This document shows positions 51,226-64,000 of a stretch of DNA of 64,000 nt, one piece after another. Source of the stretch: Camelus ferus (taxonomy: Eukaryota). The stretch covers positions 75,704,001-75,768,000 of the forward strand of contig NC_045697.1 in the NCBI RefSeq assembly GCF_009834535.1, written 5' to 3'. The translations under genes and the position numbers were made by a program. Position 1 is the first letter of the stretch, and every line of letters starts with the position of its first letter. A model generated the notes under the pieces. It worked only from the letters and a program-made list of their open reading frames with translations. It was not told the origin of the DNA and did not search any database.

Positions 51226-52071
51226 CTATACATTCACAAAAGTACAATTTAAATGTTTGATTCAACAATTTAGAGTTCTCCAAAGGATATCTTAATGAAG
51301 AAACTTAACATTTCAAAATGAGACTTTAAAAAGAAGTATGAAAGAGGGACTTGATGCTGTGCCTCCTCAATCAATTCTCCTAATGACAACTGGTCTACCC
51401 TTAAGCAGTTATCACTCCACATACAAGAAACCATTAAGCCTAATGTCCTAATATCTAGTGAGAAAGAAATTCCCAGAATGTACCATATATGTCAAAATCA
51501 GGCAACTGCAAAGAGGAGGTGACCTCAAGTAAGAGACAATGATAAAAACAGTTTGGAAATAAACAAACAAAAATCACTCAAAACATCATCTGTAAGATAC
51601 CATGAAACCACTTTATTCCAGCTTCCAAGCCCCTTTATCATCAGTGTCACTAAAGCCACCTTTTCAGTCATGCAACACAGTACTCTCAGAATATGTCCAC
51701 TTTACTCCCACCACTGTGGTTTGAGAAATGGCATTCTTTAATCCCATATGAAATGCAGTTTGGAAATTTTATCCAAATTCACCAAATTTTACCAAATTAT
51801 ACTTACTTATATCACACTGGGTGCTTTTTCTCATTTATTCTAAGAGTATATACTTGTGATTACCACAGATTCATGCACTGTTTTTACACACTGCCCATCA
51901 AGTGACCTTTACAAAGTCTGTATACAACACTCGCAATATACCTAGGAATAATTACTAAATGTATTTAAACTAACCTTTTTTTAAGTCATATCAAGTAACT
52001 TCTGTAAGCATATAAAACTGGCACTGATCATATACAAGTCCAAGCAATAATTTGATACTGAAAATAAATTC

Positions 52072-52511
52072 TCTGAAAAGGCTACATACTGTATGATCCC
52101 AACTATGTGACATTCTGAAAAGGCAAAACTAATGAACACAGTAAAAACATCAGTGGTTGCCCAGGAGTGGGGTGGTGGGAGAGCAAGGAAGAATAGGCAG
52201 AACACAGGGATTTTCTATGGCAATGAAACTACTCTGTATGATACAATGGTGTATAAATGTTATTATACATTTGTCAAAACCCACAGAAGGTAAAATCCTA
52301 ATGTAAACTATGAATTATAGATGATAATGATATATCAATATAGGTTCATCAATTATGACAAATGTACCACTCTGCTGATGGATGTTGACTGTAGGACAGG
52401 CTGTGTGTGGTGGGGAGGGGAGCAGGGGGCATATGAGCGTTCATTCTCCATACTTTCCTCTCAGTTTTGCTGTGAACTTTAAACTGCTCTAAAAAATAAA
52501 GTCCATTAAAA
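52072..52511 (+). mobile_element. L1MC1-like 3' end, followed by (AC)n to about 52535
   Basis: tctgaaaaggctacatactgtatgatcccaactat...ctgtgaactttaaactgctctaaaaaataaagtc. Confidence 0.85.
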
Positions 52512-54109
52512 CACACACACACACACACACACACAAAACAAAACAAAAAAGGTAATTAAAAAGAAGTACTAATGGAAGAACCAGGACATTCCCTACTATT
52601 TTTCCTGAGGAGTAAGTTTGGGAAGACACTTCAACTTATATTTGGACTTATATTAATACCTTCAGTAGAGGAAAAAAGCAGAGTCAGATATGTGTCTCAA
52701 AGTTAGATGATCTCATGAAAGGCCTGAGGGCCACTACTCAAGCAGCCCCTCTGGGTTCTGAGAATCTAGAAAGAATTATTCTCCTACAGTTTTCCAACAC
52801 TCTGTTCCCTCAAAGATGGAACAGCGCTGGCTAAATCATGTACCATAATAAGGCTCCTCCGACCAGTATATTCAAGGCCTTTGATTTCTCTCATGATATG
52901 CTCAAGAATAAATAAGAGTAAACATGAAGGAAAAAGAGATAATAAAATTAAAAGACATAAAAGAAATAAACACTGCATGCTCCCACACCAAGTTCAGCTA
53001 GCTTGTCCCTGGAGGGCAGGTGTGAAGGGCACTTTCTAGAGGCCCTTTGTCCCTTGAGCTGTCCCACTGCTCACAGGAAAGTCCCACGGCTCACAGGAAA
53101 GTGGGAAGCACGTGTGTCAAACACAAACCCTGCACAGCCCAGGGCATTTCATCAACCTTCCAGACCTCCCTCTCCAACTAAACATCCAGCAGGCACCCAC
53201 AGCCAAAGGCTATTTGTTGTGTTTACTAATGATAAACACTACATGAGGATATGAAAGAAAAATGGTGAAGGAAGAGAGACAGCTTCCACCAGCTGCCTTT
53301 CTTTTCTCTTTGCAGATGTAAATACTACATAACCGTGAATTAATGAGGCAGATTATTTCCCATAAACCCAAGCTAAAGAGGGCATGTCTTAAATTTTGCC
53401 AAGGGGGCCAAAGAGGTGATACATAAACATACATAATTCATACATCATACCTGATTTCACTGTGCACCTAAAGAGAAAAATCACATAATAGAAGACTCTT
53501 CTTAAAATCTAGCAAAAGAAATAGTTTAAGATAGCCCATTTTGTGCCTTCTAACTCTAGGAGTTATTTTTAATACATTTATTTTAAATTATAAAATAGCA
53601 GTAAAGAGAATATGGAAGTGAGAAAAACAAATCACACTATATATGGTTATCACTGTCATTTTTATATATTCCCTTCCAAAAAAGACAACCCACAAATATC
53701 TTTACCAATAGGCATACTGCAGGGCAACTGGTAGTTTCAGCAGCCTATACAAAGCCTATTACTCCATCAACTAGAAAATAAAAATTCAGAATCAGCTTTT
53801 CTGGAAGAGCAACATGAAGCGCATTATGTGAACTGAACACACCCCCTAAATGTTCAATTAGCTTCTTGGACATGTGAAGCTCTTAAAGGTGCCTTGAGGC
53901 ATAAATTATTTTGCAGCTGCAAAAATGTGTAAGCCCTCCACTCTAGGAACAAACGCTAAAATTAAGTTACACATACACTCAGGCATTCGTTAGTGCTTTT
54001 GTGAGAAAGAGTATGATAAAATTTCATAAAACACACTTGAAATATTTACATTAATCACAAAATATTAAAGGCACAATATCCTAAACCCAAAAAGAGATAT
54101 AGGAAAGCA

Positions 54110-54740
54110 ACAGAGGTCTATAGCTCAGTTATTTCTGATTTTTGTACCTAAGATCTGAGTTCAATTCTAACCATGCAACCTCAAGCAGATTACCTAACAT
54201 TTCACAACTTGTCTCCTTCTCAGCCGTTTAATAACAACAACAACAACAACAACAACAATTATATATAGTTCAGGGATGTTGTGACAAATGACTTAAAGTA
54301 TGTGAACTGTGGGGGCTCACATTTACAGGATGCTAACACCACCAGCAATGTCCTAGGGACTTCATATGAATTAGTTCGTTTAATCTTCATGCAATCCTAC
54401 CTATGAAGGTAGAAGAAACAATTTCTATTCTCCTTTAACAGATGAGGAAATTGAGGCTCAGGAGGAGTTAATAACTTGCCCCAAATCCCTGCTATACTGT
54501 CTTCCAGTGCACTTAACACAATAAATATTCAATGAATAATAATTAGTATGCTTGCTCCATGCCAGAAACTATTCTAAGGACTCTACATATATTAATAGAA
54601 TCCTCAGTACAATTCTGCAACAGGTACTATTATTAATTCCCATTTCACAGATGAGAGCATTAAAGCCAGAGAAATTAGGTTATTTTTTCCAAGGTCATAT
54701 ACTTAATTGATAAGTGTCAGAACTGGGATTCAACTGAGGT
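54110..54740. mobile_element. Cluster of three MIR fragments (+,-,-) with an (AAC)n run
   Basis: ctgagttcaattct (+); acagatgaggaaattgaggctcag (-); tttcacagatgag...ccaaggtcata...ctgggattcaa (-). Confidence 0.7.
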
Positions 54741-56427
54741 CCCAATACTATTATTCTCCAAAAAAAAAAAAAAAACCGCACAAATATCTTTACTGTTTCT
54801 CCCATGAAAACTAAGTCATGAAACATTCTGTCACGCAAATTACTTTATTTTCATGATTTTATTAAACATTTACAATTCCCAGGTTTCTCATCAGCATGCG
54901 ATCTTTCTGTGTTAATAACTACATAAAACTTCCTTTGCCATCTCTGAAGCAGATATTATTGCAAGGATGGGATGTCTTTTTTGTGTTGTGGTGGGTGTTG
55001 ACTCCTCTCCTCCCTCCCACCACTTACTGCTAATAGTTGTCAACAATCTTAGAGGGTCAGAGGAGTGCACTCAACAGACTAAGTCTTTTGATCTCTGATG
55101 GATGGATTCAACAGGGCATGTTTAGCTGGTTTCCTAAGCCAGCATCACTACTGTCAGCTCCAAATATTAATGAAGAGCAGCAGTGCACACTGAGCCTCTC
55201 CAGGCACAAGGAGGGGGGGTCTGTTCCCTCCTTGTCTCCACCCTGGAATCCCCCTCTTCTCCAGAATGCCACCACACTGGCGGGTTACTCGGATGTATAA
55301 ATCTGCTCCCCCTTAAAAAGACTTTGTTCAAAGTGAGAACTGAGAACCAACAAATATTTCTATATATCATGTCTAGAGGTTCCTGCCAACTACACTCTAA
55401 GTTAAAAACCAAACGTACAATTTGTGAGCAAATCTAAGTGTCTCCAAGAAAACTAGTTTGAACACGAAAGAGTAGTATCTATACTGTAAGCCCAATCAAA
55501 TTATTTTTTTAAATGTTTTGTGCACTAATAATGCCATCGTTTTAGGCTAAATGCATTTTTAGTCATGTACTGCTTTATATGCATGAACATAGAGGCTATA
55601 ATCACTTTCTTTTCAAGAAAGGAGGACTTTTTTCTTATTTTGAGAAAATAATTGTTTATTATTTAAAATTTTAATAATTACAATATTTAAAATTAAAATT
55701 TTACTAAAATTATTTAAGTATAAATTTTTTTCATTAAAAGCATTTCACAGAAGTCTTCCCTTTTCAAAATTTATTTTTGAATATATATATATATATTTTG
55801 AATATACATATTTTGAATATATATATCAATTATTTAAAAATGAATTTTAGCCTCATAACTTAGACATAAAATACTTCTGATGCCTAACCAGTGGCAAAAT
55901 AAAGGTTCAAGAGGTCGCTACTGTTTTTCTCTCCTAAAAAGGTACATAAAGTGAATATTTTTGACATTAACACAAACCTAAAATGAGTCAACAGGAACAT
56001 GAAGCATGTGCTCAGAGGAAGTGAGTTCTCTGTAGATTTTTTGTCTAGAGAGAAGATAACTCTCTCTATCATAAAGACAGAAAGAACTTGTAAAATGCTG
56101 ACAGAGCCAATTCCTAGCACATTCTACTGACAAATATATTTAGCTTCCAAAACTACTACTGAACAACTATCAGGATCAAAACCACCTCAAAGTGAGACAA
56201 GATATCTGGACAACAGAACGTGAAGTCCCTGCCATATGAGCTACGCATCTTACTTGGGATTCATTAGGATTCCCAGAGACACAGTCAGCTATTAGAAAAC
56301 AATGTGCTCTTCTGTAACCAGTATGTAAAAAGCCCTGTATTTCAGGAAATTTCCTTTAAAACAAAAATGCATCACAAGCCAGGTCAGGAGCAAGTGCTTA
56401 CATACCTAACCTTTCACTTACAATATT

Positions 56428-56552
56428 TTTATTAATTTTTTTGAGGGGGAGGTAATTAGGTTTATTTATTTTTTAATGGGGCTACTGCGGATTGAACCCA
56501 GGACCTCTTGCATGCTAAGCACATACTCTATCACTGAGCTGTACCCTCCCCC
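56428..56552 (-). mobile_element. Camelid-type tRNA(Ala)-derived SINE (Vic-1-like)
   Basis: Reverse complement GGGGGAGGGTACAGCTCAGTGATAGAG...GGGTTCAATCC...AATAAATAAACCTAATTACCTCCCCC plus A-tail; Pol III A and B boxes; degenerate TSD tcacttacaatatt/tcacctccaatctt (11/14). Confidence 0.85.
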
Positions 56553-56823
56553 TCACCTCCAATCTTAAGCCCTTCAAAATCACCCAGAATTTAAAGAGTA
56601 AAGGGGAAACAGGGATGCTCCTAGTTCTCCTGAATAGGCGATCAATAAACAATTCACACGCTACCATTAATGACATAGGTCTAGAAATATTCAAATAATA
56701 ATTTAATTTTAAAATGTAGCACAGATAAACTTTTTTTTTTTTTTTTTTTGCTTGACTGTGATCTAACATGCGTTGTATCCATACCTTTGTTCAAAGAGTC
56801 CACTGTTTTTTCCTGGGAACTAG

Positions 56824-57332
56824 TGTAAACGAAAAATACTGCTAGCCATATCAGTAAACAAAGAATGCTGAAGCCATCAAGTCATCAGCTGCTGCTGCCA
56901 CCACCAAACGTGAGCTCAGGATGCAGGCAGGCAGACAGCCCAGCCTCTGCAGCCACCCTCAACGCTACCCTCTGAGAGAACTCATAATGTGAAAGCACAG
57001 GATACTGGCCCTAGATAGCGAGGTGCTTATCAATGGAATGATTTCAGTGAGCCCAGACATTTGCTCCTTCCCATAAACAGAAAAACGCTAAATTCTTCAA
57101 CTTGAGATGTCTAGTTTTCTTTAATTAACAGTTGTCTTTTGATGTTCCGACACCTGGTTTTTGTTGTACAGCTCCTGTATATCCTGGCTCCTCCTCTACC
57201 TCTTTGGAGTAGTCCCTCAGAGCGATCTGAGAGGCTGTCACCACAGGCTCATGGGGTTCAAGTCCTCAGAAATGTCCACCGAATAAAATATAACTCTCAG
57301 CCTTTGAGTTCTGCAATTTATTTCAGTTGACA
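56824..57332 (+). mobile_element. Solo ERV1-class LTR (509 bp)
   Basis: Ends TGTAAAC...GTTGACA; perfect 4-bp TSD CTAG; AATAAA near the 3' end. Confidence 0.9.
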
Positions 57333-58145
57333 CTAGCAGGCAGAACAAACAACATTCATTACCTGAAAATAGTAGTTCTTGCCTTCTCTTAACCTTCCTA
57401 AAGAACTGTGAACATGTTAACATAGTGATTTCATATTAAAATTTTTTCCTTCAAGTATTTTCTGTACTTTTTTCTTGAGCCAAATCTGCCCAACAGATTT
57501 GAACATCAGAGCTCAATCATATTTCTATGTAACTATTCAATTTCTATTATCTAAATGACATGCATCCAAAGCATGAACACCAAATGACATTCTGGCATCA
57601 CTTTAAAAACTGAGTTGCAAAGTCTGGTTTTAAGTACAGTATAAAATCCATTTAGAGCACTAAACCACCATTTCATAAAAAGACAAACCTTTAAATAATT
57701 TATAGCACTAGTAAATCTAGAGTTCCTAGTAGATTTTAAAACAGTATTTAAAATATCACGTTAGATTAAAACCATCAGCAAGAAGCCTATTTCCTTAGGT
57801 CATAACATGCCAAGTTAAACTGTAATACCAGCAGGCCATCTAGTGACCATTCAAGGGTTAGGAAAAAAACTTAAATTAAAAACAAAAAATCCTCAATATT
57901 CTCCAGTGTCTTCTATTTTCTCAAACAAAAATGTGCCAACTGAAGCACCTTAAGAAAATAAACATACTCTGAAAAAATACTGAGAAATTAAGTATTTATA
58001 TAAATGACCACATTGGCAATTAGATAAAAAAGACAATCCAGAGATGACAGAATCAAAAAAACCCATCATCCTAAAACACTCATGACAGAGCACACTAAAA
58101 ATATTTTTTTCTTGTACAGTGAAAACCAGTTCTGTATCTCAGTAA

Positions 58146-58600
58146 TGATGAAATAAAAATTAGAATTCTAGGGCAAGTCAAGGAAAATTTAAACATAAAA
58201 ATTTTTCTCTGCCCTTTGGCCTCCTCTCTGTTCTACTGCTCACTGTGCATCTGCCTTATGCATCGACCAAACCTTCCTCATAAACACCTGCTCAACCATA
58301 AACAGCAACATCCTCCTAGCATCAGCAAGACAACTCCTTAAAAGATAACTTCTTAATCTTGTAAGGGGTCATGACGACTCACCACTTTGTAAAGATCTGC
58401 ACTGTGAAAACTCTCTACATGATTTAATGTATAGGCTTCCATCTCAAAAACTATGTAACTGTGCTTTGACCTTTAACAAGAGCGAATAGTCCTCAGAGCT
58501 TTCCGAAAGGCTGTTCCTGGACTATAACCCTCAATTTGGCTCACAAAAAATTTTCCATTTCTTTCTTAGATCGACCTATCAGTCAATTTTTTTGTCAACA
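58146..58600 (+). mobile_element. Solo ERV1-class LTR (455 bp)
   Basis: Ends TGATGAA...GTCAACA; perfect 4-bp TSD GTAA; shares gtcctcagagc...aggctgt motif with the LTR at 56824. Confidence 0.88.
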
Positions 58601-58778
58601 GTAAAGAATGTTAAAGAATCAATACCTGGTATAATTCATTTCAAAAGAGTCTCTCCAAAGTAATACCAAGCGTCAGACAGAAAAAATTCCATTTATTACC
58701 ATGGAAGCAGCACTTCTCAAACACCTGCATACTCTAGAAAGTCCCAAAGCATACTCTCCCTTTGCTCTATTAAAAAGC

Positions 58779-59521
58779 TGTGGTACAATGGGAAGTACAT
58801 ATTTGGTTTTTGTCTCTGGTTCCTGGAACCAGAGCTCTTAAACCCTTGGAATCTCCTGAGTGATAAGAGTATCTTTGGTTTGACAATGATATGACTCCAG
58901 CCTTAGGGGCTTGTCCAGAAAAACCTAGCCTTAATTAGAGGGTTGGAACTTTTCGGTTCTACCCCTAGACCTCTAGGCTGGGGAAGGGGCTGGAAATGGA
59001 GCTCAATCACCATGAATCAAAGATTTGATCAGTCCTGCCTACACAATAAAAACCTTCATAAAACTCCCCCAAAGGACAGGTTCAGAGTGCTTCTGTGTTG
59101 ATGAATATGATGAGGATGGGGTGTTCAGAGAGGGCATGGGAGCCCCTGCCTCTCCCTATCCCTCCCCACTCATACAGCTCTTCCACTTGGCTGTTTCTGG
59201 GCTGTATCCTTTATAAAAAAAAAAAAAAAAACTGGTAATTGTAAGTACAGTGCTTTCTGTGAGCTGAAATCTTGAACCTGCGCTGGGGTGGGAGGTGGGA
59301 GAATTCTTGAACTTGCAGTCAGCCAGACAGAAACACAGGTAGCCTGGTCACCCTGTCTGTAGTTGGCATCTGAAGACGAGGCAGTCTTGTGAGACCGAGC
59401 CCCTAGTCTGCAGAGTGTAAGCAACTTCTGGATAGTTAGTGTCAGAACTGAACTGAATTGCTGAACATCCAGTCAGTGTCAGAGAATCAAAGAATTGGTT
59501 GGTGTAAGGAAAAAACCCTCA
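58779..59521 (+). mobile_element. Solo LTR, MER21-like
   Basis: TGTGGTA start; cagagctcttaaacccttggaat, attagagggttggaacttt, gatagttagtgtcagaactgaactgaattg; 3' edge approximate. Confidence 0.8.
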
Positions 59522-59999
59522 GAAGTCTAACAAACTGAGCCTGAAGAAGAGAAAAAATTCACTGACCTTTATTATTTTAGAAACAAAGTTTCCGTTATAG
59601 ATGGCATAATAACCCAAGTCACTCACTTATCACTTAGATTTAGGTTTTAGAACTTAAGTAAATCATAGCTCATCTGGCAAAATGTGTCTCAGCCTTCCAA
59701 GGTAAATTAGATAGCCTCCACATACTTTTATTACACACTACAAAGAACATTTCACACTAACCAGGGGCAGACATGGGCAGTTTATTTCTTTACAGTAAAC
59801 ATTCTTTCCAGTCCAGACAGTGTTGTCTTTGATCTGTTCTGAAGTGTTCTAAAAATACTAAACCTTTAAGGTCCATTCCTCTCGATTTGTTAATCCCATC
59901 TCCACTTAGGAAACAATGGTCATGGATTGTGAAAGCATGTCAGAGCAAAGATTCAATTTTGAGAAATAAACTAGAAATAGAATCTAGATGGTGTTAGGA

Positions 60000-60180
60000 A
60001 AGACAGTATCATATAAAGAGAGCACGTGGGCTGTTGAATCCAGCAGACTGTGTCTAAATACCCTTGACTCAACTATCCTGAGACAAACAACTTCACTTCC
60101 CTGAATCTGTTTCCTCACCAGTCAAGTAAGGAAAATTATAATTACTTCTCAGAACTTTAACACGGATTAACTGAAAAGAT
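60000..60180 (+). mobile_element. MIR SINE
   Basis: aagagagcacgtgggct...cttcacttccctgaatctgtttcctcacc. Confidence 0.6.
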
Positions 60181-62049
60181 GCTACTGAAGTGACTACCAA
60201 AGACTGCACATGTCAGAGTCTAGCTGACGGGCTTCTTGTGGCAGGTTTCCATCTGTGCCCAGCCACTCCCTCCCCACACTTACTAAGGTGCCCTGGCACA
60301 GAATGTTGGCCAGCTCAGAACCTGCACCCTTCACATCCCTGCTCAAAACACACACTACAAAGCAATGGAGCTGTGGTTACCGCTCCTCACTCTGTGTTTG
60401 TGAGATTAGCTCTACAATGTGAGCTCACGTAACCACCTTTGGAAAACCTAACAAACGCCTTTGTGATGACAATGAAGCTGAACTGCACTGGATCACTAGG
60501 CAGGAGCTTATTACGAAAAGTGCACTTTACACTAAGCCACCTCACGCCCAGGGTGCAGCAGGCAAAGGAACTCCAAGTATCACCAAGTAACCATGAACTT
60601 TGAGCTGAACATCAAGTAGCCACTGGTCTCCCCATGCTCATCTGAGATTCAACTTAGTGAGAAAATCAATCAAAGGAGAATAAGTGCCAGAACAGAAGTA
60701 GTTGTGTTTGTATTTCTTCCTTCAATTATATTTTTAAATTCCACATCATGTTATTTAAAAAATGAATTATATAGTCATTCTAGTCTATAAGTATAAATAA
60801 TGGTAGTAAGAATCAAAAATTAAGGTCCATGAGGCAGGAATTTGTATTGTTTAATTCACCGCCACATCCACAGTGTTTGACAACAGTGCCTAGTATGTAT
60901 GGCACTAAGTATCTGTTAAATTAACTAACAGGATCATACAAGTACAACACAGAAATATGTACTTTCAATGGGAAGTGAAGTCACTTACTTAGGAAAGTAT
61001 GTAGTTGAAATCTTTTCCCCAAAAAAAGGGTGGTACCCAAAAAAGCAAACACATTAAGGAGGTGTTTGCATTTCTTTGTCACCACCCAGCTTTAGGATAA
61101 AAATAATTTTTCAAAAGAAAATTTCTCTCTTTTAAACTAATATAACCAGAATACCTTTCTGGTTGTAAACTGAATTATATTGTACCTGGGGTGTGAGGAG
61201 AATCCTAGGTATAGAATCCAATATGTTCATGAGCAAGTGAGCTAATATCTCTGAAATACTTTGTAGGTTTACTGTGTGAATAAAATGAGACAATATATAT
61301 AAAGTATTCAGCGCAAAGATCAAGTGGGGAAGCTACCATAGTAATTCAAGTGAGAGGTGGTTAGAAGCTAAAGTAGGAGAAAGACCACTGGCCCCTCGGT
61401 TCTAACAATCAAAACAAATATTTTAAAGGACACAAAGCCCCACATATATGTCCCTTGTAAGTATTCACTAAATGTTAGTTTCTTTATCTATCTCTTTTTC
61501 AAAACACTGAATGAAATTGTCTAATTATCAGATTGTCTAGCAAGTGTAACACAGACTAATACCTGTATAAAAGGAAGAATAATAGGTATAATCATTAATT
61601 AGGAGCAAACAAATTAGGAGCAAAGCATTAATTAAGGCCAGAGACTACTAGGTAAGTAACAGCATTAAAAAAACAAACAAACACTATGGTGAAAAACATA
61701 AGGACAATAATAAGAAAAAATGCAGCCTGGAAACAAACTACAGAGAACCTTGAACACAAATTACCTTAATTCTATAAACAATGGGAAAATCAATAAATGT
61801 TTTAGAGTAAAAAAAAGCAAAGAACCAGACTACACTTTAGAAAGATGATTCTGCCAACAATACGGAATGGAATAAAAGGCATACAGAACTGGAGATGCGG
61901 TGACCAGTCGAGCAGTTTGAGTCTAAAACTGTACAGTGATGGTCAACTCTCAATTTTTACCATTACAAGGTGGGGAAAAAAGCAAAGTCCTGTGCATAGC
62001 AGACACCACATGAGTCTGTATTTTCATTTTACACAATCATGGTTAAAAA

Positions 62050-62290
62050 CAAGTCTAAATACCATGTGGGATCCTATAACAGGAAAGGACATTAGTGGAA
62101 AAACTTGTGAAATCCAAGTAAGATTGTGATTTGGTACGAAGGTTAGTTTCTCAGTTTTGAGAAATGGTCTATGGTCATGTAAGTTATTAACCTAAGAGGA
62201 AGCTGGGTGAAAGAAAGACAAGAACTCACTGTACTACCATAGACTTACAGAAGAGTTGCGAAATTTTCTCAAAATAAATGTTTTTAAAAA
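62050..62290 (+). mobile_element. L1MC-type 3' fragment
   Basis: ggaaaggacattagtggaaaaacttgtgaaatccaa...ggaagctgggtgaaag...aaaataaa. Confidence 0.65.
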
Positions 62291-62859
62291 ACAACAAAAT
62301 CACCTGACCATTGCAAAAAAAAAACAAAATAAAATAAAAAATTTAAAAATATCCTCTATGCAGGTAAAGTGCCGTACCCAAAGGATGCTATTCTGAGCCC
62401 CAAAGAAGTGGTTAGAAATTGCAGGAAAAAGGAAGGGAAGGAGAGGATACCTATTACACATTAAGTTTAACAGTCTTTTCTAAGTGTCTGAACCATATGG
62501 AGTCATCCATAAAGCCATAAATGGCTTCAGATTCATGAGCACCCTTAAATTATATGAGAATATGTATTTTTCTGAGTTTTGTATAGTCACTAATTAGATA
62601 TAAAATTAGATAATCCAAATTAACAGAAAATAAAACTATGTATAACTTTCTACCATTGATATGACAAATCTCTAATTAAACATACATTCAATGCAGTAAA
62701 AATGCAAACAGAACTACAATCAAAATTAAAAGGAAAAATACTAAAAACACAGTTTTAATGAAAGTGACAGAATATTTATTAATTTCATATAAATTCATGA
62801 GAAAACTAAACAACCTCAACAGAGCAGAGTAAGGATAGACAATTCACTGTAAATGAAAC

Positions 62860-64000
62860 ACAGGGATTCCACAATAGAACACCACCTAACAAGAGGGAAG
62901 TCCAGCGAATCTAGAAAACCAAACTTCCCTGAGCCCATCACAGAGCTGAGGTCCTAAAGAAGTAACATGAACTGCTTCCAAAGAGTGACAAGTCTCACTA
63001 AGAGAAGTCAAGACACATGACCTACTTCCCTTTAGTAAAGCATGGGAGGAAAGGGTGGCTACAATAAAGGCAGGAAGAAGAAAACTGCCTTAAAGTTTGC
63101 AAGAAACTCTTACAGGCTGAGTGTGGACTAGCGTGACAGGTTAGTATCACTGGCACCCAGACACAGGAGTTCTGCACACACTCACAAGCAGGCCGACAAC
63201 AGATATGGAGAAGAAAGATCAGAAGCAGGTCCAGGGACTACAGAGAGCACTCCCTTGGTGGTGCACAGGCTCAAAGCTCTGCCCACTTTCTGCATCACTT
63301 AAGCCTTAAGCTGATGGGGGAGGGCAGGAACCCCTCCCAGAGTCCACTGTCTCTGAGGAGAGGGTACAAGCAAATATGGTCTGCCGAAGGAAGGTGGAGG
63401 AAACACTCTTGGCCCAGGATTCTGAACTGATCAAAAACAAGGATCTGCTAGCACAAGTGAGGAGCAAAAACACTCACCCTCCAAGACCTCCCAGGATCCA
63501 AGCAGAGGCTGGCTAATATGTGGGAGGGGAAGGGACATTGAGAAAGACCATATCAAGACTCAGGAGCTTAGGTCCTCCTAAGCTTCAAACTGGACTGGCA
63601 GAACTGAGAACCACCACTGCTCCCCCATCATGAGCCTAGCACCAACAAATAATCAACAGCAGTTCACTGCCAAGAGAGGAGCAAGAGCCTGGAGAGAGAT
63701 CCCTTCCACAGGGCAGGTACGCAGGGAAAGCTGACAGCTGACGGCTGAGTAGAAGCTCTGGGGAAAACTCTCCAGCAGCAGATCCCACACTAAACACAAG
63801 GTAGAACAGCCCATCACTGGAGAAGCTTGAAGCTGGCGGTGCATGAAGAGTAACCACAGAATAAGGAAACCCAAACCCAGCTAAGCTACTGACTAAATTA
63901 ACTCATTACACTAACAGTATGACAGAAAAAAAGAAAATAAATGCCCAAAGCATAACTACTAATTACCTCAAAAATCTCTATTGTTCGTCCAGACACAACA
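62860..64000 (+). mobile_element. Probable old L1 5' UTR (L1MB/MC/MD-type) running off the window end
   Basis: Purine-rich, non-coding, with L1 5' UTR-like motifs (acagagctgaggtc, ccctccaagacc, ggaaaactctccagca); subfamily uncertain. Confidence 0.45.

Noticed and set aside
54110..54740. Inverted MIR pair as a dsRNA/editing substrate
   Set aside because: The copies look too diverged and only partly overlap, so stable pairing is unlikely.
56475..56552. tRNA-Ala-like sequence as a tRNA gene
   Set aside because: Has a SINE-specific tail, polyA and TSD, and mutated stems; it is a SINE.
56824..58600. Two LTRs as the 5' and 3' ends of one deleted provirus
   Set aside because: Each has its own distinct TSD, the sequences are largely dissimilar, and no primer-binding site or internal ERV sequence is evident.
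51226..64000. Search for APS-kinase exons (e.g. GFTGIDSEYEKPEAPE)
   Set aside because: Not found; consistent with a long upstream intron extending past the window.

Overview
Mammalian genomic DNA, most likely from a camelid (alpaca, llama or camel), judged from one camelid-type tRNA-derived SINE and cetartiodactyl-type L1 tails. The whole window lies inside the PAPSS1 gene (bifunctional PAPS synthase 1) on the minus strand. Six coding exons are visible: 114, 112, 206, 136, 269 and 230 nt, all GT-AG and frame-compatible. By comparison with human they are exons 6-11, about residues 224-579, covering the linker and most of the ATP-sulfurylase domain with an intact HNGH motif. The APS-kinase exons and the last exon fall outside the window. 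The rest is intron filled with fossil transposons: Tigger1, MER2, MER8, MER5A and MER58 DNA elements, about 11 solo LTRs (several with TG..CA ends and target-site duplications, TSDs), and L1, L2 and MIR fragments. Repeat family names come from my recollection of consensus sequences and need RepeatMasker/Dfam confirmation. I found no evidence of a novel multi-gene system, RNA gene, CRISPR array or second protein-coding gene. The most interesting small-scale signals are altered STAT motifs in LTRs, an E-box cluster, an 80-bp templated duplication, weak splice donors and microhomology-type deletions in DNA transposons.
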